Shown here piece after piece: positions 39,880 to 50,145 of a stretch of 64,000 bases of DNA. The notes under the pieces were generated by a model. The model was given only the letters and a program-made list of their open reading frames with translations. It made no database searches and was not told where the DNA came from. A program made the position numbers and the translations under genes. Positions within the stretch are counted from its first letter, which is position 1. Each line of letters starts with the position of its first letter. The stretch is taken from NCBI GenBank assembly GCA_001772865.1, contig MEVD01000003.1:62812-126811 (forward strand), read 5' to 3'. The stretch is from a candidate division WWE3 bacterium RIFCSPHIGHO2_02_FULL_38_14. GTDB taxonomy: Bacteria; Patescibacteriota; WWE3; UBA101185; UBA10185.

Positions 39880-41344
39880 TTTGATTCTGTTCGGGATTGT
39901 TGTATTGGCGTTATTGTTACGGATTGTAGGAATCACACACAGTTTTCCGTTTATTTTTCATCCTGACGAGCCTACTGTTGTTAGATCCGCTTTGGGAATA
40001 AGGTTCGATCCAAATCCGGGGCATTTTGACTGGCCTCATCTTTTTATATATCAAAATTATTTCCTTTTTATGTTTTTTTCAAAAATAAGAGATATTTTAG
40101 CTGCTGTCGGGCTAAAAAGTGTTGTTTCTTCCCTGTCGCCTATTATTTGGGATGATTATCTGATATTTTATTTACTGACTCGTCTTTTTGCCGCACTTCT
40201 CGGAGCTTTTACTGTAATTCCGGTATTTTATGCTGCCAAAAACCTTTTCGGCATAAAGGCGGGGTATTTTTCGGCTCTAGCGATGTCTATAATGCCTTTT
40301 CATGTCTGGCATTCCCATTATTCTCTTGTAGATGTCCCCATGGCTTTTTGGGTGGCATCAGCAATGTATTTCTGCACAAGGATACTTAAGGAAGAATCCC
40401 TGAAAAATTACCTGCTTGCCGGAGTATTAATAGGATTTGCGGCTTCAACAAAATATAATGGTGGATTGGCAGTATTAATGATATCTTTGGCCCATTTTTA
40501 CCGGGTTAAAAAGATTGATAAGAGTTTATTGTTGGTGGTATATTCAGGGTTGGTAGCAATTGTCGGATTTATATTGGGTACTCCGTACTCATTGCTGGAT
40601 TTTGATACATTTATAAGAACCGACAGTCCGCGGGGGGCGCTATGGCAGTTTACCAATGTCGGAAGTCTTCCTTTAGGAGATCATATATTTTCGTTTGTCA
40701 GATCCCTATTTTCGACTTTATTTGAAGATATGGGATATACTTTTACCGCTGTCTTTATAGGATTTTTTATTTATCTTTTAGCTGATAAGTTTATTCTGAA
40801 AAAATATAAACCGGCGAATTATATTTTGTTTTTTTATGTCGTAGCATTATTTTTAATTTATTATATTTCAGGATTTGAAAAAGCCAGGTCGCACTATTTT
40901 TTGTTTATCGTTCCTTTTATTACGGTAATATTAGGGTATTTCTCAAAATTTCTTTATGAGATAGTTGTGAACAAAAAACTGGTAAATTTAATTCTGGTGA
41001 TAGTTTTTTTCCTCCCGATGTTATTTTCGCTTAAAAACACAATTACATTTTATCGAAAGGATACCAGAGTAATTGCGTATGAGTGGCTTAAAAATAGTAT
41101 TAAAGATAATAACTATCTCTTATATGATTCGTCTCAATTTGAACCGGTTTTAAATAAATTTAAAAATACCCAGAAGGAAAAGGGATACCAGAAAGCTAAT
41201 GAAATAAAAAATTTAAACGGCTCGGGATATATTATATATAATTATGAAAATGGTGAGTCTTTAATTGAAGGGGCGTATACAGAGGTTTTTAGAATTGGAA
41301 ATTATTTAAGAAACGGTCCGAATATAATTATCTACGAAATATGA
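39863..41344 (+). CDS. GT-C (GT39/ArnT-like) membrane glycosyltransferase
   Basis: HPDE loop, HFDWP, SHYSLVDVP and STKY motifs. Confidence 0.82.
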   Translation: MLKKINLILFGIVVLALLLRIVGITHSFPFIFHPDEPTVVRSALGIRFDPNPGHFDWPHLFIYQNYFLFMFFSKIRDILAAVGLKSVVSSLSPIIWDDYLIFYLLTRLFAALLGAFTVIPVFYAAKNLFGIKAGYFSALAMSIMPFHVWHSHYSLVDVPMAFWVASAMYFCTRILKEESLKNYLLAGVLIGFAASTKYNGGLAVLMISLAHFYRVKKIDKSLLLVVYSGLVAIVGFILGTPYSLLDFDTFIRTDSPRGALWQFTNVGSLPLGDHIFSFVRSLFSTLFEDMGYTFTAVFIGFFIYLLADKFILKKYKPANYILFFYVVALFLIYYISGFEKARSHYFLFIVPFITVILGYFSKFLYEIVVNKKLVNLILVIVFFLPMLFSLKNTITFYRKDTRVIAYEWLKNSIKDNNYLLYDSSQFEPVLNKFKNTQKEKGYQKANEIKNLNGSGYIIYNYENGESLIEGAYTEVFRIGNYLRNGPNIIIYEI

Positions 41345-42969
41345 TAACTGTTAAACTGAAATTACTTAAATGGGAACTTGCCGCTGTATTTTTTATTTTT
41401 CTTTTTTCCAGGATGCCATATTTGGGGTTTGATACGTTTAATACTGATGTCTGGAAGTGGAAGTCCAGGATTTATGATTTCGGAACCGGAGTATTTACTT
41501 TAAATTTTGAAAAAACTATTCAAAAATACCACCCTGGAGTTACTTTAATGTGGATCGGATCAGGCGCGGTGAAAGTATACAATTTTTATTACGAAACAGT
41601 TAGAAAGGTTTTGCCTCCCGACAATGATGTCCAGACAATTTTTGAATTGAATTTTGTCCAGAAGCTTTTTATTGTTATTTTTTTGGGAGTAATTTTAACT
41701 TCGATTTATTATGTTCTGGGGAATATGTTTGGAAGGCGGTATGCGGTAATTGTATTTGCGCTGATTGTGTTTGACCCCTTTTACACGGCATTATCAAGGG
41801 AAATTCATTTAGAAGGACTGCTTTCAACATTAATGCTGGGGTCGTTTTTGTGGTTTTATTATTATCTTGAAAATACCAAAGATTCTTCAAGATTTGTAAT
41901 ATCGGGAGTTTTAGGAGCTTTAGCAGTTTTAACCAAAACAACAGCCGCATTTATTGTTCCGTTTTCCTTTATATTGGCTTTTGTATTTTATTACTTACAT
42001 AATAAAAGACTTCAGGATTCACTTAAACTGGCTTTGACGCCTTTTTACAAGTGGCTGATGGTTTTTACTACCTGCTTTATTTTGTTTTGGCCGGCAATGT
42101 GGGTAATGCCTGAACAGGCACTGCAGTCACTGGTTAAAGGAGTTTTTGACGTTGGAATAGAAGAAGGACACGAGCAGCTGTATTTTGGCCGCTTGGTTGA
42201 GGATCCAGGACCAGTTTATTATTTAGTAGTTTTTGCTTTTCGAAGCTCTATTTTGCTGGTAATAGGTGTTTTTGGATTTTTAATATTTTCCAGAAAATCT
42301 TACAACTCCGAAACTAAAAAGTTTATATTTATTTCGCTGTTGTATTCAATTTTATATTTGGTTGAAATTACCCTGCCTTCTAAAAAACTGGACCGGTATA
42401 TACTTCCGGGTATGCTTGGTTTAATGCTGACCGCCGGGTTTTTTTATGACTGGCTGTTGGGAAAGTTAAAAAGTTTTCACAACTTTGCATTTTTATGGAT
42501 ATTTCTGCCTTCATTTATTTTATTCGTCCAATTGGTCCCGGACTATTTTTCGTATTATAATCCTATGCTGGGAGGGTTACCTAAAGGAATTTTCGTTTTA
42601 GAACCGAAATGGATGATCGGGCAAAAGCAGATTCAAAATTATTTCTCCGCCCTCAAAGAAAAAGAAAAGCTTATAAATTTCGGAAATAATGAATCTTTGG
42701 ATTCAGCTATTATGAAACCGGATATTAATACAAGATTGACGGTTGGATTTCAGGAAAAATATTATACACAAATACATCCGTTTATAAATGTAATAGGAGG
42801 TAGGGCGGTAATACAGGACCTGACTCCCCACGCAGTTCGGACAAAATATTTTGTATATCCGGTTTGGGATGATAAATCTAAAGAAGAAAACAGATTTAAA
42901 TTAAAATATCTGGATTCGATTTTTTTAAGAAATGTTGAAATTTACAGAGTTTATGCCAGAACCAATTAA
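41341..42969 (+). CDS. GT-C membrane glycosyltransferase, paralog of 38275
   Basis: NTD loop, HPGVTLMW, HLE, LTK and KKLDRY motifs. Confidence 0.8.
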   Translation: MITVKLKLLKWELAAVFFIFLFSRMPYLGFDTFNTDVWKWKSRIYDFGTGVFTLNFEKTIQKYHPGVTLMWIGSGAVKVYNFYYETVRKVLPPDNDVQTIFELNFVQKLFIVIFLGVILTSIYYVLGNMFGRRYAVIVFALIVFDPFYTALSREIHLEGLLSTLMLGSFLWFYYYLENTKDSSRFVISGVLGALAVLTKTTAAFIVPFSFILAFVFYYLHNKRLQDSLKLALTPFYKWLMVFTTCFILFWPAMWVMPEQALQSLVKGVFDVGIEEGHEQLYFGRLVEDPGPVYYLVVFAFRSSILLVIGVFGFLIFSRKSYNSETKKFIFISLLYSILYLVEITLPSKKLDRYILPGMLGLMLTAGFFYDWLLGKLKSFHNFAFLWIFLPSFILFVQLVPDYFSYYNPMLGGLPKGIFVLEPKWMIGQKQIQNYFSALKEKEKLINFGNNESLDSAIMKPDINTRLTVGFQEKYYTQIHPFINVIGGRAVIQDLTPHAVRTKYFVYPVWDDKSKEENRFKLKYLDSIFLRNVEIYRVYARTN

Positions 42970-42982
42970 GGATGTAATTTAT

Positions 42983-44251
42983 ATGGAAAGAATTAAAGCA
43001 GTATTAAAAGACCAAACAGTTTCGGGAACTATTGTAGTTACAACAGGATTGTTTGTTTCTTCAATTTTCAGTTATTTTTTGCAGTTTTCGCTGGGACGTT
43101 TTTTACCGGTCAGGGAGTACGGTGATTTTAACGCTTTATTGTCTGTTTATTATATTGTTGGAGTTCCGTCGACAGTATTAGGAATTTCTATAATAAAAGT
43201 AGTTTCGGAACTCAAAGCAGAAAAAGAACATGAAAAGGTTTCGGGATTGTTCTGGAATTTAAGCTTATTTTCTCTTATTTTCGGTGCGGTTTTGGCAGCG
43301 GTATTTTTAATATTACAAAAAAATATCGGATCGTATTTAAATATTACGGACGGAACAGTATTAAAAATTTACTCTGCATTGATAATGCTATCCTTTTTAT
43401 CTCTTATACCTCAGTCTTTTTTACAGGGTCTGTTAAAATTTAACTCTTATGCATTTTTTGTAGTTATTCTCGGACTTCTCCGACTTGTAATTCCGGTATT
43501 ATTTGTAATAGTAGGTTATGGGGTAGCCGGGGCTTATGGGGGTATTTCAATAGTTATAGTACTGACTTACTTTATATCACTCCTTCTTCTTAGATCGGAT
43601 TTTGTAATTAAAGTTCATAGAATTTCATTTAATAAATACTATAAAAGAATACTGACATTTTCCGCTTCGGTTTTGCTGGTAAACCTTGCACTTATGATGC
43701 TGAATAATATAGACGTTTTGCTGGTAAAACGGTTTTTTCTGCCCGAAGTGGCCGGTTACTACGCCGGTGTTGTAACTGTAGGAAAAATTCTGCTTTTTGG
43801 AGCGGGCACTGTTTCAGTGGTTATGTTTCCTCAGATTTCCCAGGCGCATATAAAAAATCAAAATGTTTATGAAAAACTGAAAAAATTTCTCGCACTTCAA
43901 CTTATTATTGTAATTTTGGGATTGGTTGTATTCAGTGTGTTTCCGAAATTGATTGTACGAATTATGTTTGGCAATCCTTTTTTGCCGACAGTACCTTTTA
44001 TACCGTCTTTTGCAATATTTATGTGCCTGTATGTTTTAATAACTTTTATGGTTAATTTTTTCCTCGCTGTTAATCAAACCAAAGTTTTTCTTTTTCTGCT
44101 TCCGGCAGTTACAGTTCAGTTTATTGCATTGAATATATTTAACGACTCGCTATTTACAATAATAAGAGTTAATATATCAGTTGCAGCGATGCTCCTGATA
44201 GCACTATTTGTATTTGGCTATTGGATTAAGCAAAGTGAGACAAGTAAATAA
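42983..44251 (+). CDS. Wzx-like oligosaccharide flippase (start likely 42983)
   Basis: GRFL..EYG, DVLLVKRF, AGYY and MFPQIS motifs; about 12 TM segments. Confidence 0.85.
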   Translation: MERIKAVLKDQTVSGTIVVTTGLFVSSIFSYFLQFSLGRFLPVREYGDFNALLSVYYIVGVPSTVLGISIIKVVSELKAEKEHEKVSGLFWNLSLFSLIFGAVLAAVFLILQKNIGSYLNITDGTVLKIYSALIMLSFLSLIPQSFLQGLLKFNSYAFFVVILGLLRLVIPVLFVIVGYGVAGAYGGISIVIVLTYFISLLLLRSDFVIKVHRISFNKYYKRILTFSASVLLVNLALMMLNNIDVLLVKRFFLPEVAGYYAGVVTVGKILLFGAGTVSVVMFPQISQAHIKNQNVYEKLKKFLALQLIIVILGLVVFSVFPKLIVRIMFGNPFLPTVPFIPSFAIFMCLYVLITFMVNFFLAVNQTKVFLFLLPAVTVQFIALNIFNDSLFTIIRVNISVAAMLLIALFVFGYWIKQSETSK

Positions 44252-44274
44252 TATAGATTCAAAATAAATTTAAA

Positions 44275-45087
44275 ATGGCTAGAAAATTAGTATCAATAAT
44301 TGTACCCGCCTATAAAAAACAAGACACTATAAAACACGATATAGAAAACATATATGATGCTATGTGCCAGAGCAGATGGGACTTTGAAATTATTGTAGTG
44401 GTTGATGGTTTTGTTGATAGTACCTTTAAGCTGGCAAAAGAACTGGAAAAGAATGTTATTAGGGTGTTCGGGTATAAGACAAATAGAGGAAAAGGGTATG
44501 CTGTGAAATACGGAATGGCCAGAGCATTAGGGGATTATTTGGCTTTTATCGACGCGGGATTGGAAATAAATCCGAATGGAATTTCAATGATATTAGAACA
44601 TATGGAATGGTATGATGCGGATATTATTGTAGCCAGTAAACGACATCCGGTATCTAAAGTTCATTATCCTTTTACGAGAAAGTTATACAGCTGGGGATAC
44701 TTTACAATTATAAAATTATTATTTGGAGTAAAAGTACGCGATACCCAGACCGGTTTAAAAGTATATAGAAGAGAAGTACTGGAAGCGGTTATTCCCAGGC
44801 TGGTAATTAAAGAGTATGCCTTTGATATTGAATTACTGGCGGTGTCACACTATTTAGGATTCAGGAGAATATATGAAGCACCTGTCGAAGTGAAGTTTGA
44901 TTTTACTACTTCAAGAATTAAAGGATTTTTGATTTTTGATGAGTTTATCAGGAGAATGCTTCACGACACATTTGCGATATTTTACAGAATGCATATACTT
45001 AAGTATTACCACGATAATAATAAAAGGAAATGGGTTTATGATAAGGAATTGGAGATGCAGTTAAATACTGGTGAATCGGAAAAATAA
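44275..45087 (+). CDS. Polyprenyl-phosphate glycosyltransferase-like GT2
   Basis: IVPAY, VDG, NRGKG, DTQTGLK and FDIELL motifs; DxD appears as DAG. Confidence 0.85.
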   Translation: MARKLVSIIVPAYKKQDTIKHDIENIYDAMCQSRWDFEIIVVVDGFVDSTFKLAKELEKNVIRVFGYKTNRGKGYAVKYGMARALGDYLAFIDAGLEINPNGISMILEHMEWYDADIIVASKRHPVSKVHYPFTRKLYSWGYFTIIKLLFGVKVRDTQTGLKVYRREVLEAVIPRLVIKEYAFDIELLAVSHYLGFRRIYEAPVEVKFDFTTSRIKGFLIFDEFIRRMLHDTFAIFYRMHILKYYHDNNKRKWVYDKELEMQLNTGESEK

Positions 45088-45100
45088 AATTATTAAGTCT

Positions 45101-46111
45101 ATGAAATTCAGCATAATTATTCCGGTCAGGTCTATAAACGATCATTTAAGAGAAAATATTGCGAATTTAAAACTGTTAAAATATGAAGATTTTGAAGTGA
45201 TTATCCTTACCGATAACACCGAATCTTATGATTTCGGCGACGGCAGGTTTAAACTGTTGGCTACGGGAAGTGTGGGTCCGGGAGAAAAAAGAAATGTCGG
45301 AGCGAATACTTCAACCGGCGATATTCTGGCTTTTCTGGACGATGATGCTTATCCCAAAGACGACTGGCTGAATAAAGCTTACGAAATATTTAAAGATAAG
45401 AGTATATATGCTCTTGGGGCACCGGCTATTACACCATTAAATGCCGGTTTTCTTGAAAGATGTTCGGGGAGGGTGTTGGAGTCGATTCTTTCTAGCGCTG
45501 GTACTGTTTACAGGTACGTGCCAATGTCTCGCAGAATTATTAACGATTATCCCACTGTAAACTTTTTGGTAAAAAAAGAAGCATTTTTGAGTGTGGGAGG
45601 ATTTATAAAAGATTTTTGGCCGGGAGAAGATACCAAACTATGTCTGGATTTAATTAATAAATTTGGAAAGGAGTTTATTTATGACCCTGCGCTTATTGTT
45701 TATCATCACAGAAGAAACTTATTCAGACCGCATTTAAAACAAATTTCAAGGTACGGTCAGCACCGCGGGCACTTCGCGAGAATATTTCCTGAAAATTCCA
45801 GGAATCCTTCATATTTTGTTCCATCTTTGTATATTTTGGGACTTGTGGCCGGACCGTTAGTATGTTTATTGATTCCTATTTTGTGGTTTGTTTATTTACC
45901 GGTTGTACTTATATATTTTATGTTAATATCGATTGAGGTTGTTCGTGTTTCAATAAAAGACAAATCTTTAAAAGTAGGGTTATATGTTGCCGGAGGGATA
46001 GTTTTAACACACATAGTTTATGGTGTAAACTTTATTATTGGATTATTGAAAAAGCCGGAATTGAAATTGAAAAAATTCGGGGGTAAGGCCGGGAATTACG
46101 TAGAAGGTTAA
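45101..46111 (+). CDS. GT2 glycosyltransferase with C-terminal TM helices
   Basis: FSIIIP, AFLDDDA, GED and YHHRR motifs. Confidence 0.88.
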   Translation: MKFSIIIPVRSINDHLRENIANLKLLKYEDFEVIILTDNTESYDFGDGRFKLLATGSVGPGEKRNVGANTSTGDILAFLDDDAYPKDDWLNKAYEIFKDKSIYALGAPAITPLNAGFLERCSGRVLESILSSAGTVYRYVPMSRRIINDYPTVNFLVKKEAFLSVGGFIKDFWPGEDTKLCLDLINKFGKEFIYDPALIVYHHRRNLFRPHLKQISRYGQHRGHFARIFPENSRNPSYFVPSLYILGLVAGPLVCLLIPILWFVYLPVVLIYFMLISIEVVRVSIKDKSLKVGLYVAGGIVLTHIVYGVNFIIGLLKKPELKLKKFGGKAGNYVEG

Positions 46112-46188
46112 AGAGATTCCGTATTTAGAAAGTAATTTTTTACAAGTCTTGTTAGTTTATTTTAGGGAATTAGTAGGAGGATTTATAA

Positions 46189-46455
46189 ATGGCAAGAGGG
46201 CAAAATGAGTTTACAACCGATCCGAAATCAAAAGTGAAAATTAAAGTGATAAATGAGCTTTGTATCAGCGCCGGGACTTGCATTATAAAAGCTCCTGGCA
46301 CATTTGACCTGGATGAAGCCGGTATTGCTTATGTTAAAGACGGCACTTGGGATGATGCTCTTGATATTATAGAAGCTGCCAAATCATGCCCAACCACAGC
46401 GATAATTATTGAAGATATGAATGGTAATCAGATTTGGCCGGCTAAAAAAGAATAA
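46189..46455 (+). CDS. Monocluster ferredoxin, probably [3Fe-4S]
   Basis: CISAGTC...AAKSCPTTAI (CxxAxxC..CP); AGGAGG Shine-Dalgarno. Confidence 0.85.
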   Translation: MARGQNEFTTDPKSKVKIKVINELCISAGTCIIKAPGTFDLDEAGIAYVKDGTWDDALDIIEAAKSCPTTAIIIEDMNGNQIWPAKKE

Positions 46456-46456
46456 T

Positions 46457-47443
46457 ATGCATAAATCTACATTTTTCCTTATGAAACCGGATGGAAATAG
46501 TATTGGTAAAGCCAAAGAGTTGAACTTGGATTCTGTTTTTGCGAGTCACAAAAATTTGGATGAAATCGTTATAAAAACGTTGCGGGAAAATTTGAAGTCG
46601 GGTATTGAAATAAATGCGGAGGTTGGAGTATTTGCAGGAAAAGATTTGTGGGATAAATTTCCCGATGTCATTCCGGTTGAAGCAGGCGGAAAAGAACCTG
46701 CGAGAGGATGGTATTACGGAGTTTGTCCTTCACACGAAGGAGTAAGAAATGAATGTTTGCAGAATGTTAAAGCACTTTTAGAAAGAGACTTAAACGGAAT
46801 TTGGCTGGATTTTATAAGATATCCTACCAAATGGGAAGAACCTGAACCATATATATTAGATGTATGCTATTGCGACAGATGTCTGAAAAAATTCAGCGAA
46901 TATTTGGGTGAACCTATAGAAGGAAACACTTTGGAAGATAAAGTGCTACTAATTGACGGAAGTTATTATATTGAATGGATCGAATTTAAAACTGAAATGA
47001 TCACTTCAATGGTAAGAGAAGTCAGGAAGTTGATTGATGATCATAATAGAAATGTTCAAAATGATAAAAAGGTAAAGCTGGGATTTTTCGCTATTCCATG
47101 GCAGGATAAAGAACATAGTGCAGGAATTAAAAGAATAGTTGCGCAGGATTTTGGAGCGTTAAGTACTTTGGTGGATATTTACAGCCCGATGTTATACCAC
47201 AAAATGTGCGGAAAAGAAGTTTCGTGGATAAAGGAAATGGTTAATTATTTTTGGGAAGTAGGTAAACCTCAGCTGCCTTTGATTCAAACCGAGCCCCGCG
47301 AAAGTGAAATAAAAGTTGATGAATTTAAGCAGGCATTGGATTTTGCAGGTGCAAGCCCTTCAACCGGAGTATGTGTATTCTTTTTGGAAGATTTGATGAA
47401 ACAGCCTGAAAAGTTTGATACAGTAAAAGAGTATTTTAAGTGA
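46457..47443 (+). CDS. Glycoside-hydrolase-like TIM barrel (GHL10/DUF187-like)
   Basis: VCPS, GIWLDFIRYP, CYCDRC and YSPMLYH motifs. Confidence 0.6.
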   Translation: MHKSTFFLMKPDGNSIGKAKELNLDSVFASHKNLDEIVIKTLRENLKSGIEINAEVGVFAGKDLWDKFPDVIPVEAGGKEPARGWYYGVCPSHEGVRNECLQNVKALLERDLNGIWLDFIRYPTKWEEPEPYILDVCYCDRCLKKFSEYLGEPIEGNTLEDKVLLIDGSYYIEWIEFKTEMITSMVREVRKLIDDHNRNVQNDKKVKLGFFAIPWQDKEHSAGIKRIVAQDFGALSTLVDIYSPMLYHKMCGKEVSWIKEMVNYFWEVGKPQLPLIQTEPRESEIKVDEFKQALDFAGASPSTGVCVFFLEDLMKQPEKFDTVKEYFK

Positions 47444-47449
47444 AAATCT

Positions 47450-48328
47450 TTATACTTTTTTAGCCACTACCAGCATAATATCGTATAAATTAATATTCAG
47501 GTTCGGTTTTAGAATTCCGGTTTTTTTAAGAAGTTTATAAAAGCTAAAAGCATATTTAATCTTATAAAAGGTAACTAATCTAAATAACAAATAATCCAGG
47601 GATAGTTGGATTGACGGGTATATAATCTCAACTACCTCAAAGCCTGACTCATTAAATATTCTGGTTATAGTGTTTTTGTCAAAATAAGAAAGGTGTTGTG
47701 GTATGTTGTATAAATGCCAGTATTTACCGCTAATTTTTGCAACAGTGCTTCCGACGTCTCCGGTAGTTAATGCGACTACACTGCCCTGTTTAGTCATTTC
47801 ACTAAGCTGCTGTAAAGTTTCTAACGGGTCCGAAACATGCTCAATAGTATCCCAAAGGGTAACAACATCAAATATTTGATTTATATAAGGCGAATCTTTA
47901 ATAACTCCCGCAAAAGCTTTTAAGTTTTTTTTCTTTGCCTGCTCAACTGCATATTCTGAAACGTCAACACCATAAACTTCCCACCTGGAAGATGCAACCT
48001 CCATAAAAGCACCTGTAGCACATCCTACATCGAGCAAGTTGCCGCCGCTATTATATTTACTCAAAATATCTACCCGGAATTTAAATGAATTCTTTAAACT
48101 TTCAGCTTCTTTTTCATAATCGCTGTAGGCATGTTTTATGCCGGGATCATTGAAAAAATCTTCAGCATAATAATTGGAAAAAAACTCATCGTCCGGATCA
48201 AAATTAAGAAAAGTCAGGCTGCATTCATTGCATTTCGCCAGTTCGTATCCGTATTTTATAAATAAAACATTGTAATTATTAGATTTGCAAAGCCGGCATT
48301 TATTTAGCTTTTTTATTGTAGTTTCCAT
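47450..48328 (-). CDS. Class I SAM methyltransferase with N-terminal zinc ribbon
   Basis: CRLC..CNEC, LLDVGCATG, DTIEHV.DP and PQHLSYF motifs. Confidence 0.88.
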   Translation of the reverse strand: METTIKKLNKCRLCKSNNYNVLFIKYGYELAKCNECSLTFLNFDPDDEFFSNYYAEDFFNDPGIKHAYSDYEKEAESLKNSFKFRVDILSKYNSGGNLLDVGCATGAFMEVASSRWEVYGVDVSEYAVEQAKKKNLKAFAGVIKDSPYINQIFDVVTLWDTIEHVSDPLETLQQLSEMTKQGSVVALTTGDVGSTVAKISGKYWHLYNIPQHLSYFDKNTITRIFNESGFEVVEIIYPSIQLSLDYLLFRLVTFYKIKYAFSFYKLLKKTGILKPNLNINLYDIMLVVAKKV

Positions 48329-49040
48329 AATAATAGTTAAATAAAATTGAAGCCAGATCTTTTGATGACCGCCAAGTATCAATTATGGTAGAAACAGTAC
48401 TTCCTTCTATATGATACCAGCTCACTGGCAGCTCTTTGATTGAAAAGCCCAGTTTTTTTGCAAGAAATAATGTTTCAGAATCATATGCGAACCTGTTTAT
48501 TCTTTGTTTTTCAAAAACTGATTTAGCGGCGTTTGCTTTAAACCCTTTGAAGCCGCAAGTTATATCGGTAAAGTTTAATCCAAGAAAAATATTAGTAATA
48601 AGTGTATACCCTTTACCCAGAATCCTTCGCGGTGCATTTTGGCTTTTTTTTGTTTGAGTTAAAAAATGTTTTTTTGAACCAATAACTATATCATATTCGT
48701 CTAATTCCTTAATAAATTTATGCATTTCTGCTAAATCTATAGAAATATCAGCATCCATTACAATAATTTTCCCTCCCTTGCTGGCAAGAACGCCTAATTT
48801 TACCGCGTGTCCTTTACCCTGATTTTGTGAATAACTTACGATTTGAATTGGAATGTCGGAATACTGATTTTTCAAATCTTCGAGTAAATTAATAGTGTTG
48901 TCTGTAGATCCGTCATTAGCCAATACCAACTCAAACGGGTCTTTTAACTCTTTTAACATGTAGTCGATGGCTGTGGTCATCCTGCTTTCGGATTTCATTC
49001 TTTTTTCTTCGTTATAAAATGGTATTACTACGCTTAGCAT
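48300..49040 (-). CDS. Dolichyl-phosphate beta-glucosyltransferase (ALG5-like) GT2
   Basis: IPFYNE, NDGSTD, NQGKG, MDAD, DITCGFK and ELPVSW motifs. Confidence 0.88.
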   Translation of the reverse strand: MLSVVIPFYNEEKRMKSESRMTTAIDYMLKELKDPFELVLANDGSTDNTINLLEDLKNQYSDIPIQIVSYSQNQGKGHAVKLGVLASKGGKIIVMDADISIDLAEMHKFIKELDEYDIVIGSKKHFLTQTKKSQNAPRRILGKGYTLITNIFLGLNFTDITCGFKGFKANAAKSVFEKQRINRFAYDSETLFLAKKLGFSIKELPVSWYHIEGSTVSTIIDTWRSSKDLASILFNYYYGNYNKKAK

Positions 49041-49212
49041 ATCAAACCGTTTAAATTGTTAACGTAAAATAGTATATCACGCGCAAATGGGGTTTTTTAT
49101 TATTCTTTTTGGATGAATTAATCGAATAACCTTATAGTACTGTTTACATGTTATTTATATTAATTCAAAATATGATAATTCTACAGAGTAGACACCTCGA
49201 AAGGAGAGGAAG

Positions 49213-49983
49213 GTGACTGAGATTATCTTTAATGTGGCAAACGCTTTTCCTATTGGGGCGTTCAGGATGGGGAAGGTGATAGAGATCGTACTAGCTGATG
49301 GGTACGATCGCGTAAGTGTACTGCCCACATGGGGTTTACCAGCCCAGAATTTCAAATTAAGCCCCTGGATTCGATGCGCGGAACAGCCTTGGAACCCCGG
49401 ATCGCCTTGGGCATGGTTTCATGGTTTTATGACGCGCAACTTAAAAAGTCCGAGGCTTCATGATGTGCTCCTTTTTCCTTGATATAAAGAGTGGTGGATG
49501 CCACTTTGGGAGCGGATCAAGAGGTGGGGTGCAACTCCATTTGTTCACTCATATGCGGAGGTACCTGGGCTAGTTGAAGTTCACCCTGCAATGAGATTGA
49601 GTGGCGAATCCGCCGTTGCGATGGCTGAGGTGACTAACAGGCTGCTTGTTTTCGACACGATGCATGCTGTCCGTGGGCTTCGACCGGGAGATTTGAAGCC
49701 TGGTGAATCTCTGGATAGTAAGCTTGGGGATTGGTGATTGTGGATGGGAGTCGCCGTGGCGACTAACAGACTCGGATTATTCGATTTTCACCCGACTCCT
49801 ACACAATTAGCCAAAGGCGAGTTGGATGAGCCGCTTTCAATGCTCAGATTCGCCCTGAACCGCGGGTACAAAGGTCCCATACGCGTCGAAGCGGTGTTAC
49901 CCAGGCTTGTCGACCAAGCGGTTCACTGGCGTCTAGTTGCCCACCGAATGCTCAACCTTGTACACAACGAGCTCGAATCCTAA
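49213..49983 (+). pseudogene. Xylose-isomerase-like TIM-barrel gene interrupted by two in-frame TGA codons (pseudogene or recoded gene)
   Basis: The three track ORFs share one frame; GYDRVSV, VEVHP, FDTMHA, DFHP and GYKGPIRVE motifs; AAGGAG upstream; ends in TAA. Confidence 0.7.
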
Positions 49984-49991
49984 TCTCGATT

Positions 49992-50025
49992 CCTCCCCGC
50001 AAATGCCCCTTGCGTGGAGGTTTCT
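49992..50025 (+). terminator. Hairpin terminator closing the GC-rich island
   Basis: CCTCC-c-CGCAA / TTGCG-t-GGAGG stem followed by TTTCT. Confidence 0.6.
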
Positions 50026-50109
50026 AATATCAAATCATAGGTAAATCTAAAGGATTTTCAGTGAAAATAAAATAAATTTATATACATATTTATAACTATC
50101 TATACAACC

Positions 50110-50138
50110 TTGCCACACATAAATTAATCATGTATTAT
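50110..50138 (+). promoter_or_regulatory. Sigma70 promoter, leaderless geometry
   Basis: TTGCCA-17-TATTAT-7-ATG(50146). Confidence 0.55.
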
Positions 50139-50145
50139 GACAAAT

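Noticed and set aside
49480-49760. Selenocysteine decoding of the in-frame TGAs
   Set aside because: No redox-Cys context and no convincing SECIS hairpin directly 3' of either codon.
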